DNA of 63,523 nucleotides, filler included, from Lenisia limosa (taxonomy: Eukaryota > Protista > Breviatea), in assembly GCA_001655205.1 (NCBI GenBank). It is 17 parts of 17 records of this genome, joined end to end, with 100 filler letters (N's around TTAATTAATTAA, not from the genome) between each part and the next. Parts side by side here need not be neighbours in the genome. Positions count along the whole stretch, not along the records: positions 23,643 to 30,935 come from LPNZ01000409.1; positions 31,036 to 33,292 come from LPNZ01006361.1; positions 33,393 to 35,435 come from LPNZ01009645.1; positions 35,536 to 37,119 come from LPNZ01000925.1; positions 37,220 to 38,831 come from LPNZ01002575.1; positions 38,932 to 40,765 come from LPNZ01005151.1; 11 more parts are not named here. One strand, 5' to 3'. How positions within the stretch are numbered: position 1 is the stretch's first letter; the number at the start of each line of letters is the position of its first letter. Shown piece by piece: positions 27,601 through 38,959 of this stretch. The position numbers and the translations under genes were made by a program. The notes beneath the pieces were generated by a model that saw only the letters and a program-made list of their open reading frames with translations, was not told the origin of the DNA and ran no database searches.

Positions 27601-29574
27601 TAATTTGCCTCACCAAACAGTCGTTTTACGATGATGCGAGATGGCTAGACCTCGAACTGCTATTTCAAGTATGCTGAAATTCAATGGTGGCTTTTCTAAG
27701 ATAGTATCTATTTTCTATTATTTCTATTTCGCTTCCTTCTGAGTTGCAATCACCCCCTTTGATCCATTTTTCAAAAGGCTTTTCGATTCTTCAATTGATC
27801 TGATTGAGGGTTGCTGTTTGTTTAATTCTCCTTAAAGAAGCTTGGGTTCGATTTACTGTTTAGGCCGATGTACTGGCTCTTCATGGTCTACAACGAAGTG
27901 GGTTTTTTTAATGACAATCTCGCTATTTTGGTGTGATATACTAATTTGTAACTCTTGATACTCTTGTCAGTAAGTATTAATCTATAAAGTTCTTTACTGA
28001 GCCCCAAATCCATGAATTTTGGTCAACAGTAGCCAAAATCTGACCACTAGCAGATGGGATATCCTCACATAGCTTTCTGTGTGCGTCCCTAGAAAATATA
28101 TAGCTCTGCAATTTTCATCATATTATGTGGTCTTGACTCTGAAAACACTTTACATAACAGTTTCATCGCTTACGGCCTGCTTGGTAGCCGGATTATCAGC
28201 CCTTCGAACAACCCAGTGTGTCTCAGATCCGGTCAAAGACTCTCTCACCGCTTTGGCCAACATCGCCGTTTCAGACTCTTTAATTGGACATTATCGCGGT
28301 AAGATTACCAATTTCTTCCATCCATCCAAAGAAGGATGCATTGCGGTTTAAAAAGTGCAAAATAGCAATTTTTATAACAAACAAAATCTTTGAATTGAGG
28401 GGTATTTTAGTTCTCTTTTAGTTTTCTTACCTTCAAAAGAGTTTTACAATTTAGGGCATGATGGGGTGTCAATCTTTGACGCAAGAAGACTAAATGTAAG
28501 ATTTATATGCGTGATAGTTTGAACAACATCTAGGTCCTCATCTGTATCCCAAACTACTCACCCGGACTCAAGATATGGATTACATGGGTGTGGACGACTT
28601 TAGTCAACTAAAACCCATTTTCTTCAAATTATTATATACATAAGTTTAATAAGCTCATTTTCCAACAATTGTCGTTTCATGATGTCTTAACACAGCATTT
28701 ACTACAAATAACAAAAAAAATGCACATATATACACTCTATGACAGAGTGGTTTAATCTAATGATCATTTCACTCTTCTATGAATCACACAAACCCTTGAT
28801 AACAACTTTGTTTTATAATCTACGCTCACTGACTAAAACAACCCCTAGCACGAGCATGGCCGGAACCCCAATTGTCCCGCTTGCGACCCATTTCTCGCGG
28901 AGCTCACAACCTGGTTGCCTCGGGGGCTTCATACAGTGTCAACTCTCGTTTGCCCCCAAACTGGTAAGAATTGGTAGTTATATGCTCGTGTCCCAGTATA
29001 AGGCAAGTATAGTAATAAGCAGTTGAGTCTGGATGCTTGATTTAGATGACATGAATGTATCTGATATATCATATGATGTGTATATGTATAGAATATGTAG
29101 TGTATTGAACAAGTGAGTTGCAAAATGGGTTCGTACTCTGATGTAAAAAGCTGTGTAACTTACACATTCTTTTGATTTCCTAAATTTGTTAATAATCATC
29201 ACCCAAAACAGGCTTGGTTATGGACGACTCAAATCCACCAATTGTGCTCCCAAATGGCAACGTCTACTCCTCCGACTATCTTTCTTCCCAGGTGGGTTGG
29301 TTATTCTGGGGGTGCGTGGGTCAGAGTCCTTACACCCCATAGAATTCATTTTTATCCATTTAATACCAACATTATTTGATTCCAATCGGACAAATCCACT
29401 ATTTTTGCTCAAAATTTAAAACATCAAAAAAAAAATAAGATGATCCCCATCGCAGAACATTCCATTTGCAAAACAATCACCTTTCAGGAAAGCAGCAAGC
29501 AAGGTACGGTGATAGACCCGCGGACAGGCGATAAGTACGCTTTCGATGAGTGCCGCAAGGCCTTTATTAGCTAA
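24626..29574 (+). CDS. MAEA: MAEA/Gid9 subunit of the CTLH/GID E3 ligase, ~13 exons, near complete
   Basis: LKCPFEGLNLHFRLSQKQIEK|DINVIV...|...MIVNELLRK|GCLKTAMLIAQESGVE|MLVDLSVF...TAECLAWV|KSRLKKVGSSLEYACRVQ|EFVELCR...|...LLVFPP...|...AGLSALRTTQC...|CPACDP...LVCPQT|GLVMDDSNPPIVLPNGNVY|...DPRTG...RKAFIS*. LisH, CTLH, CRA and RING parts are in order. The start codon is uncertain. Confidence 0.93.
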
Positions 29575-30009
29575 CTGCTAATTGTTTATTATGTGTAGAG
29601 GGTTTTTATATTACTACATTTAAATAAAAGCACATGAGATTGTTGAAAGTTGTTATATGAAAGTTGTTATATTAATACATTTAAATAAAAGCACAGGAGA
29701 TTGTTGAAAGTTGTTCTTTTTTTTTTTTTTCTCGCAACAGTTTGGGTGTAATCGACAAAAAAATTGCATACCGATGATATTACTACGGAATACCGGTGAC
29801 TGTACAGATTCCGATGAAACGGTTGTTCGAAACCTGTTATTGTCATCGGTAAACGATGACATGGTCCTCGGAAACCGTGTCGAAATTTTGTCCCCGGTTT
29901 CCGATGACCCTCCCCGGATACCGACGACCACGCTCGGAAGTGAATTGTGTTTAATATTATATGTAGTATGTATTTATTTGTTTCCCTTGGTTTGTAAATG
30001 ATATACTGC

Positions 30010-30268
30010 ATGGACGGACCGTTACGTCATGCCACGGATATTGAGCTTGATCTTAGTCAATCGAATCAGAACTTATCGCGGTAAGTATTTTTTTTTTGCT
30101 CGAAAACAGTCCCAGTAAAAAAAGGAGATGTATTACCATTATTGTACAAGAAAAAGAACGAACAGTACCCCGCGACCTAAAGAGTGAAGTGAGGAAAAAT
30201 GTAATCTACTATCATATGTAATACATGTATAATTATGTCTCAGGAGACCTGCTTTGAAAACTAAAAAG
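30010..30268 (+). CDS. First exons of an unknown gene
   Basis: MDGPLRHATDIELDLSQSNQNLSR|gtaagt followed by RPALKTKK|gtatat, in compatible phase. Confidence 0.4.
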
Positions 30269-30280
30269 GTATATGTGGCC

Positions 30281-30922
30281 TCAAAGCTCCAGACATCATT
30301 CAAAATTCACCAGACACATCAAAACTCTGGGACAGCTTGAAGTGTTGACACCTTGTAAAGGTTATTTTTAGTGTTTTATTTTAAAAAACTGCTTCGACAG
30401 ACACATAGAGAAATGGACTTCCTAATGTTCCCCAACTTTTTTTTTCAATTTGGAGCAAATATCAAAAATTCGTGAATTTGGTCTCCCTGTCGTCCCCTTT
30501 TGCCTTTTCACAGGATTTTTTTTCTGAATCTTACCCTCTTTTAGTGTGAAGAAATAAAAATTTGCACCCATCGGAGTGATTGGTTCAGGGTTCCACTTTA
30601 CTTTGGCTATGTATTGGTGAATTTTGAGAGAAAAATGCTCAAAATGGCACTGACTACAAGAGTGAACTTTCCCGGATAGTTGCCATTTATTTCTTGAATG
30701 TGGCCTTTTACGGTTGACCGTATTTGGACCGTAAATAGAGAGATTTAATTTGGTTTTGCCCCGAAAATATATGAAGTAGGCGTTTTATCCTTTTATTAAG
30801 ATTGAAATTACTTTCGAAAACAAAAGGGAAATAGGGTTTATGATGATTTTATATGGAAAACTCAAGCTTTCCGGGAGTTTTGATGTGTCCAGTGAATTTT
30901 GAATGATGTCCGGAGCTTTGAC
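30281..30922. mobile_element. Non-autonomous element with ~50-bp TIRs
   Basis: tcaaagctccagacatcattcaaaattcaccagacacatcaaaactc (30281-30332) is the near reverse complement of 30870-30922. There is no ORF inside. Confidence 0.65.
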
Positions 30923-31100
30923 TATACATATGCGTNNNNNNNNNNNNNNNNNNNNNNNNNNNNNNNNNNNNNNNNNNNNTTAATTAATTAANNNNNNNNN
31001 NNNNNNNNNNNNNNNNNNNNNNNNNNNNNNNNNNNTCTGCTCAATGACAGGGTTGCGATAGATGTTGATCTAAATGTAAAATCGTTGAGGTTGTGCTTAC

Positions 31101-31368
31101 TGCAATGATGATCGCGGACCAATAAACCAGACGGTTTCCCTAGAGAACATTAGTCCACACAGCCACAAACCTTAGCAAGTTGAAGCTTGTCATTAAGGGA
31201 ATAATAGCCCTCAGAGAGGAGGGAAAACCAGGCTAACTGTAAGCAGATCACCAAAAGGTTGGAAATATTATGAGCGTTGTTGATTCTCTCCATAAAGGTT
31301 GGTAATCTTGGTTTGCCATAGTCAACCTTATTCATATTCGTACAAGATAGAGTGAAAGGTTTTTTTCA
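31101..31368 (-). CDS. Putative membrane protein, 5' part, divergent from the CnoX-like gene
   Basis: MNKVDYGKPRLPTFMER...LQLAWFSLLSEGYYSLNDKLQLAK|GNRLVYWSAIIIA|gtaagc. Confidence 0.4.
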
Positions 31369-31616
31369 ACGAACGCAACTTCATAAAAAGGACAGGATCT
31401 GCTGATCATCTCCTCTTTTTAAGGCCTCCAGCCACAGCAAACTGCCCTTTGTGCCATTCATTTGTTAGGTGATATACGGTTAGTTATTTTTTTCCCGTTA
31501 CTTGCAAAAATGGTATTCTGAATTTTTGGTATTCCTATATTTTGGCCACTTTTTTCCTCTTCTTGCCACTTCATTCTCCTTAATAGAGATGTTAAAACTT
31601 ATTGTTGCAGTTAACA

Positions 31617-33156
31617 ATGCTGAGGTCGCTTACATCGCTGTCCCTCCTTCGTGGAGCCTCCTTTAGAGCCCCAATTCTGTCTCCCACGCCATTTTCTTTC
31701 CTGTCAAGGGCCTTCTCAATGCCTGTAGATAATATGCAAGCTCCCAAACCAGAAATTGCTGAAAACCCGATTGTTGAAGTGACTGTTGACAACTTCATGC
31801 CAGAAGTGCTCCATTTCAAGGGGCCCCTTCTTCTCGATTGTTATGCTGAGTAGGAGGGTCTCTGGTGGCTTTTAATGGTTTTTTACACTTCTCAATCTAG
31901 AGGTTTCTCTATCAAGTGTTTACAATAAAGCTGGTGTGAGCCTTGTAAGATCCTGACACCAATTCTCGAGGGAATTGTTGAGGAGTATGGAGGCCAGTTG
32001 AAGCTTGCCAAGTTGAATGTGGTACGTTCGGCTGCATCAAGTGCAACTTGAATTGTTTGTTTAATTGTTTCATTTGATGTTGATATTACACAAAGAAAAT
32101 AATTGTGTGCTTCTCTATCAGAAGTACTGAGATATGTCGGGCAAATGTCACCAAAGTTACGCTGGCAGAACAATCATTTGATAACGAGTCATATCGATAC
32201 TACTATATGCCTTGCATTTATAGTTTGTACGTTGTTTTAAGACTGTAAATAAGTTTAGGCTTCACATAAAAATATTGGATATGGTGTATGATTATAATAT
32301 CATGTGGCTATACCAAGGGCACTAATTGCGGTAGGACGAAGTGCCAGAGATCTCGCAGCAAATTGGTGTTCAGGCCCTTCCGACCGTGTTCGGCCTGGCA
32401 GGCGGTCAGATGGTGGACCAGATGCAGGGTGCTCCCCCTGAAGAGCAAGTCAGGTACGCAGTTTGTCTTTTGAGCCCAGAGAGAAAAAGAATTCTGTTTT
32501 CAACAAGGCGAGTTAATCCCATATTGCTGCATTTTATTAAATAAGATCATGCAGTTACGGAAGTATAACCAAAAATCGGCAATGTGACCTTTGGGGTTTA
32601 GATGTTTAAGACAAGTTTTAATTTAGTTTTGACCCCCTAGAGAGTTTGTGAAGAACCTGTGTGATACCCTTGGCGTAGAACCGATGCTCAATGCATCCAC
32701 CAACATTCTTGCACAAGCAAAGACCCTTCTTGGTGGGTCTTTGATTTCCCTTATCCTGGCGTGATTTCATGTCTGATTTTCCTGTCGCAATGAGCAAAGA
32801 TAACAATAGGGGCTATTTGAGTGGCAGGGGTTTTCTGTCATTCATCATAAGAGACCACTCACTCACAAGTAGGGCTTCACTTCGGTTCGGAAAAAACCGG
32901 GAAAATATCGATAGTTTTCGAGGATTTATCGAGGTCTTTTTTTTGAACCGAAGAGAAGACCTACTCACAAGGTTCCAAGTGATACAAAGGCAAGTATTGT
33001 CAAGAGAAAAGCAGTTTATTTTGTATTAAAACACTCTTTTCTGGTGACTATCTGGTGACGTTGCAGATGAAGGTCACATTGAGGAGGCGAGGAACATGTT
33101 TGTTAACATTACGGAGACCATGGAAGACTTTGCCTCCATTGGACTTTCTGGACAAT
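31617..33156 (+). CDS. cnoX: CnoX/YbbN-like thioredoxin-TPR chaperedoxin with mitochondrial-type presequence (exons 31617-31849, 31931-32021, 32335-32453, 32641-32732, 33067-~33156)
   Basis: MLRSLTSLSLLRGASFRAP...SRAFS, then LLDCYA|DWCEPCKILTPILEGIVEEYGGQLKLAKLNV|DEVPEISQQIGVQALPTVFGLAGGQMVDQMQGAPPEEQV|REFVKNL...ILAQAKTLL|DEGHIEEARNMF (start of a TPR-like segment). Confidence 0.82.
32870..32963. mobile_element. MITE family A copy with perfect 8-bp TSD
   Basis: ctcacaag|tagggcttcacttcggttcgg...gaaccgaagagaagaccta|ctcacaag. Confidence 0.92.
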
Positions 33157-34029
33157 GTGGGGGGGTAGATATTCTCGAACAACCTTTGATTTGTCGTTTT
33201 TAGTCTTTTGGACCAGAGTAAAAGCCTAATCGTACTCAATGCTTGATACCATGAAAGTCCAATATGTATATCGTGGTGTTTATTATTGTTTTNNNNNNNN
33301 NNNNNNNNNNNNNNNNNNNNNNNNNNNNNNNNNNNNTTAATTAATTAANNNNNNNNNNNNNNNNNNNNNNNNNNNNNNNNNNNNNNNNNNNNAGTATGAC
33401 CGTAGCCGAAAGCTAAACCACCTATTTCATTCCCGATGCAAGTTTTTTCCGATATGTTTATATGATATGTTTTCTTTTTCCGTTGTTTTTGTCTCTCTCT
33501 TACGGAATGTTATTTTTATCGATACATTTTTTTGTTTTTTCAAAATTCGCCACCTCGTTTCATTTTTCCGTCCCAGTAAGGCTCTCATTTCCATCCCTAT
33601 CCTGTGATAGGCGAAACCCGTAAAACGGTTTGCACTCCCAGTGCCAAGATCCCGCCACAATCCTTGGGATTTGACCCCCGCCCGACCCGCCTCCACCAAC
33701 GTGCAAATAAACTGTATAATGATATGTTTTCTTTGTTTCTGTCTTTCTCTCTTTTACTGAATGTTTATTTTAAAGAGACAATTTTTGTTCTTTCAAAATT
33801 CGCCGCCTCGCTCTAGTCTGTTTACTCGCTGCCCAGACCGCCCACCGCTCCGCTCCAGAAGAGATCACCCTCCCTCCAGTCCGTCCCCGTCCACTCCGCC
33901 GCCGCTCTCCTATGTATCTTTTTATCTTTGTTTTGCTGAATGTTTTTTCGATAAGTACATTTTTTGTCCTTTCAAAATTCGCGAATTTCACGATTATACC
34001 CCTGGTACAGCCCCTCATCGTGTAGAGAC

Positions 34030-35330
34030 GACCCAATACCCCAATTTCGGACCAAACCGACCAAAACGGCCAGAGTGGTGATGAATTATGAGTATGTCTA
34101 TTGCTATTAGGGTGATTCTTGTGTATAGCCGCCGGATCTTTCTCAGCCTATTTTCAATAGAGGCTTTACTGCAAAATAAAATTGCTACCCCCTGATGACC
34201 AAGAGAACATGGTCGAATAGCCTGCAAACCTTCAAGGAGAAGAGCACAATGCGTGACTGGAAGCAGGTTGGACAGTTCTGAATAAGTGATGAATGATAGT
34301 CTAGCAATTACAACTCATAAATCCTCGAATATTTTCCTGGTTTTGTTCGAATCGAAGTGAAGCCCAAATCCCCACCACTCCAACAAAGCCAAGCTCCCCT
34401 TAGCCCACCATTAGGCGGAACAAACTGGGTGATGTGTGCGTTTTCAGCCATGACAGATGCGGGGATCAGCAGGAGGTCATAGGTGCCGCTGGTGGTGGAT
34501 TGGACGAAGTGCGGCAGATTGACCTGAGGGTATGATATGGGTTCAACTGAGGGTACTAGTATATAGGAGTGTGGGGCCTGATAAGTCTTGACCGATTTTT
34601 CTTATAAAATCCTAGAGCAAATCGTTTGAGACTTATCCCAGTCAGTGTAGGTGCGTGAGCGTGCGGGTGTGAAATTGGAAAATTTATGAAACAAAAAAAA
34701 CCCTGAATCAACTCTGTTGTCTCACACGAGAGTTGAAAACAGCAAAACAAACAAAACCCAGGCCAGTCGCTTCTGCAGNNNNNNNNNNNNNNNNNNNNNN
34801 NNNNNNNNNNNNNNNNNNNNNNNNNNNNNNNNNNNNNNNNNNNNNNCCCACGAAAGTCTCAGAAGACTCAAGGTTCACGAGAGACACGAGGCCTGCAACA
34901 TGCAGGGGATTTGAGCCGCCGGCTCCGCTGAGCACCAGAGCAAGGTCCGAGAGCAGGTGCTCTGACGTGGCAACCATCTCTCCCTGGTACGAATTTTGGC
35001 TGGGGGGTAAAATGGGGAAATTAATGAAACAACAAAAGCCCCAAATCAACTCTGTTGGCTAGCAACACACAAGAGTTGCAAACAACAAAACAAACAAAGC
35101 ACAGGCCGGAGCGATCTTGATATCTGACGTTTTAGGTAATATAATGATAGTTTGTGAGAAGGAAATAAGATGCATTGATTAACATCTCCATTCTAGATCT
35201 TAAGATCAACATCCCCATCCCCATTCCAAGACCGCATACCATGAGAAGGACTCGTTGATGGATAACTCTGTCATGGCTCTTGTAGGATGAAGTGTGACCG
35301 GGATCATTTCGGTTGAAAGACCCTGAAGTA
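34030..35330 (-). CDS. Multi-exon protein, possibly with YjgF/RidA-like domains
   Basis: Exons GEMVATSEHLLSDLALVLSGAGGSNPLHVAGLVSLVNLESSETF and VNLPHFVQSTTSGTYDLLLIPASVMAENAHITQFVPPN have clean splice sites. The family resemblance is weak. Confidence 0.4.
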
Positions 35331-35711
35331 GGTGAGAGATTGATGTTTATTGAGGGTTTGTTCTGGTTGCCCCAGTTTATTATCTCTTCGCAATGTTTGG
35401 CTTCTATGGGCACAAATAAACCAGGTATCGATGTTNNNNNNNNNNNNNNNNNNNNNNNNNNNNNNNNNNNNNNNNNNNNTTAATTAATTAANNNNNNNNN
35501 NNNNNNNNNNNNNNNNNNNNNNNNNNNNNNNNNNNATGATATCATATACTATATACCATGTCAATATGCATCATATACTTTCTCCTCAAGTCAATATTTC
35601 TTAATTATACTCTTTCCTCTTTATTGTTCTGCATATCAGTAATATGAACCAACTCTAGATGTTTTATCGGTCTTTTTGAACCAAAGTGAAGCCCTTGCGT
35701 AACCCCCTCAG

Positions 35712-37015
35712 GCAGTTGCAGCTTGCCTCAGAGAGAAGCACACAGTCGACGAAACCGTGACGATTATGGTTGTCGGAGCTGGACGAGGACCCCTTGTGAG
35801 GGCCTCGATTCTGGTGGGGGGTGTTTTTGTTTTGTTTTTGTTTTTGGTTGGAGGGGGGAGTGCGTATATAAGAGAATAATAATATCATATGTATGTATGT
35901 AATAGTATACATTGCTTGTGGATCTAGTATTTATTATATATGATATAGTTAGAGTTTCTCAACGGTCCGAAACATACCATCAGAATATCGAGGATTTTCG
36001 AGGATTTATCGAGAAATTCAGTCTTGTGTGACCGTGGGGAATCCCTGGTATAATATAGCTGTATATTGCTTTTTGTATAGCCACTCACACACACACAGCA
36101 CACACACAAACATACACATACACATACACTCACACACTAACAAATATGTATCAATTATTGTTCTTGGTGGGTGGGGGGGTATTATAATAAAGATTGCTTT
36201 TGTTAACTTACAATTGTATACCCCCCCCCCCTTACTAACAGATGTTTAGGCTGCCCAGGAAAACGGTTATACCATCAAGGTCTACGCAGTGGAAAAGAAC
36301 CCGAATGCTGTTATCAAGTTGGATTGAGAACCTGCCTATCAAAACCCCTCTGTATTTCTTTGGTTCCCAAATTTATCTTAAGTATTTTTTATTTATTCAA
36401 AAAATAACATATTTTTACATTGAAAATTGTTATTGTAATGCCCTCTTTGAATTGGAAACTTGCCTCAATAACGAATTTAGCATTGAAAACCTAAAACTTC
36501 GACTTGGATGGCCAGATGAACTTGTCACCGTCATTTCGTCGGATATGAGGAACTGGACTCCCCCACAGCTTGCCGACATCCTTGTCAGGTATCAGGGATA
36601 ATGATGATGCTGATTAATGATGATGATGCTGATAATCGTGATGTTAATGATGATGATGTTGATGTTGTTGATGATATTGTTGATAATTTGATGATGATGT
36701 TTATGAGTACATTTCCGTATTTACCCCCCCCCCCAGTGAACTCCTTGGCTCTTTTGGTGACAATGAGCTTTCACCCGAATGTCTGGACGGAGCACAGCGC
36801 CTGCTCAAACGTGGGAGTGGTATGAAGAATATTGGGTAAAACGAAGGAAATTACGATGGAAAATAATGGCGTAAAGATACTAAGACTGGGGAGGGGGGTG
36901 GGAGTGTTGGTATGATACTATTATGGATTATTGTTATTATTGTCACTTTTTAGCTGGGGGGGTCTCTATCCCAGAGTCATACACGTCGTTCGTCTCTCCT
37001 CTCTCGTCAGCAAAA
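35712..37015 (+). CDS. PRMT5: Protein arginine N-methyltransferase 5, internal exons (35712-35813, 36250-36317, 36481-36588, 36737-36810, 36954-37015)
   Basis: [12 protein letters not shown]...[11 protein letters not shown]...[17 protein letters not shown]|[25 protein letters not shown]|[13 protein letters not shown], which carries the PRMT5 signature motifs. Confidence 0.96.
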
Positions 37016-37569
37016 GTGGGGGAGGGCATGGGTAGACACAGACACAGACACACGCGTTTACACACATTCACAGACACACACAATAATCTAGCAAAGTACC
37101 TGTACCTGGGGGGATGTCANNNNNNNNNNNNNNNNNNNNNNNNNNNNNNNNNNNNNNNNNNNNTTAATTAATTAANNNNNNNNNNNNNNNNNNNNNNNNN
37201 NNNNNNNNNNNNNNNNNNNTTTGTCTTTGTCACGGGGAAAGAGAGGTCACCCATCAATTTTCTTCATTTAGTTCTTCGAAAACATTCTAAATATCATAAA
37301 AAAAAAGAAAGAAAAAATAGTATTTGGCTCATTTTGCTCTCGTACATTCACATAAGGACGCATGTCTCCTTTCGGGAGCCCATCACTTCCTCAATAGTGT
37401 CACTTAAACTCTGACCCATAATTTTAATGTTAAACAAACCTAAAAATCTCATGTTATTTTGGGCTTTTACCTAAAAATCAGACATTTGAATATCAATTTT
37501 TCTGATTTATAATTGTATCGCACCAAAAAAAAATCATCATTTATTCAAAGCAAGCTCTGTGCTCAGTTC

Positions 37570-38102
37570 ATGGCAAGTTCCTGGCGTCTTCTCAAAGCTT
37601 TGAACTCACTTTCAACTAGCATTTATCAGCAAACAATACGCACAGTCAGCTAATCTCCTTTCAATATCTAAAAGCTCAACTAGGAGTGTTTTATTTGTGC
37701 CGCAAAGACTTTTGAGGGCAGTATCTAGTCTAAACATTGATTCTAACAGTACTTTTTATTGAATATAGCCAACATTAGAAAAGCAAAATGTTTTCAGAGC
37801 AGGAATTGGGACAAGTCACAATTTACCATTCCAATATTGATGTAAAAGTAATACCAGTTCGATTACGTAAACAAAAACATAGCTATTTATTAATTACTTA
37901 TTTATTTAGGTCCATCTTGGTGGTTGGTTCACAGAAGAAGGGAATCATCATGCCATTGGGCCATATCATGCACTGGAAGGGGCTACTTTTGTCGCCCAAT
38001 CAAATAGGAAAGTAAGCAAGACTGTGTGGTTATTTTTTCAAATGTTTCCAATAGGCAACTGCCAAATTCCGCCACCACGCCCCACTGAGCGTCACCATAC
38101 AG
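37570..38102 (+). CDS. Multi-exon unknown protein
   Basis: EQELGQVTIYHSNIDVK|VHLGGWFTEEGNHHAIGPYHALEGATFVAQSNRK|ATAKFRHHAPLSVTIQ, joined in phase 0. Confidence 0.5.
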
Positions 38103-38547
38103 GTCCCCTATAGCAATATAAACAAAAAGAAGTACTATTTTGAGCAACCTGAATATTCAAACAGTTTTGATCTATGAGAACGCTGTAGTTCTTTTGAAAA
38201 ATTAGTTTTCAAATAGAATAATATCAAAAATATCAACCCTATCAAGTGATCTTTTGTAATAACTTTATCATATGAAATTTACAACATTATATAGTACATA
38301 AGATTTATTTTATAATACTATATATCACACCGTCCATATCTCTGTGATTTTTCCGATATCTGTGATTTTTAGAAAAATGTAAGTTTTTTTGGTTTTTAAG
38401 GACTGCTGTTACCTAAATAGTGTCTTTGCTTCTTGTTTAAATTGATAAAAATTACTAATAGAAGAAAAACAGACAAAACCCAGGCAAAATATTGGGAACA
38501 TGGGGAGAAAAAGAAGAAAAACACACTGTTTTCATGTTTTTTTTAAA

Positions 38548-38620
38548 ATACCTCCTCCACGCTTGGAATCGAAACCAGCACCTCAGGAGTCCAAGACACG
38601 ATTTTGAGCTTCCACTGAGA
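38548..38620 (-). other. tRNA-like Pol III element (tRNA pseudogene or SINE head)
   Basis: A-box-like ctcagtggaag, B-box-like ggtttcgattcc and a downstream TTTT. No proper 7-nt anticodon loop. Confidence 0.3.
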
Positions 38621-38959
38621 AGAACTGAAACCCCGGGTACCCGGTTGCCTTTTCACCGTTTTTTTTTTTGAAAACCCCCTTTTCAAAAGTGTAATTTTTA
38701 CTTAAATAAGGTTTGAACATCAAAAAAATAAAATTGGCAGAAAATTCTTTTTCTGAGGTTGGTTTGGGGTTAAATTGAAATTATGTTCAGTTATTAATCA
38801 AATTTCTAGAATGATAAACTTGGATCAGCATNNNNNNNNNNNNNNNNNNNNNNNNNNNNNNNNNNNNNNNNNNNNTTAATTAATTAANNNNNNNNNNNNN
38901 NNNNNNNNNNNNNNNNNNNNNNNNNNNNNNNATGGAAGAAGTGAAAGAAGCCTCAAAAA

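Noticed and set aside
29215-29240. Repeat S-like match ggttatggacgactc
   Set aside because: It is MAEA coding sequence (LVMDDSNPP), a chance similarity that also cautions against over-reading short S matches.
33640-33710. B-box-like ggtcaaatccc on the minus strand
   Set aside because: No A box or cloverleaf.
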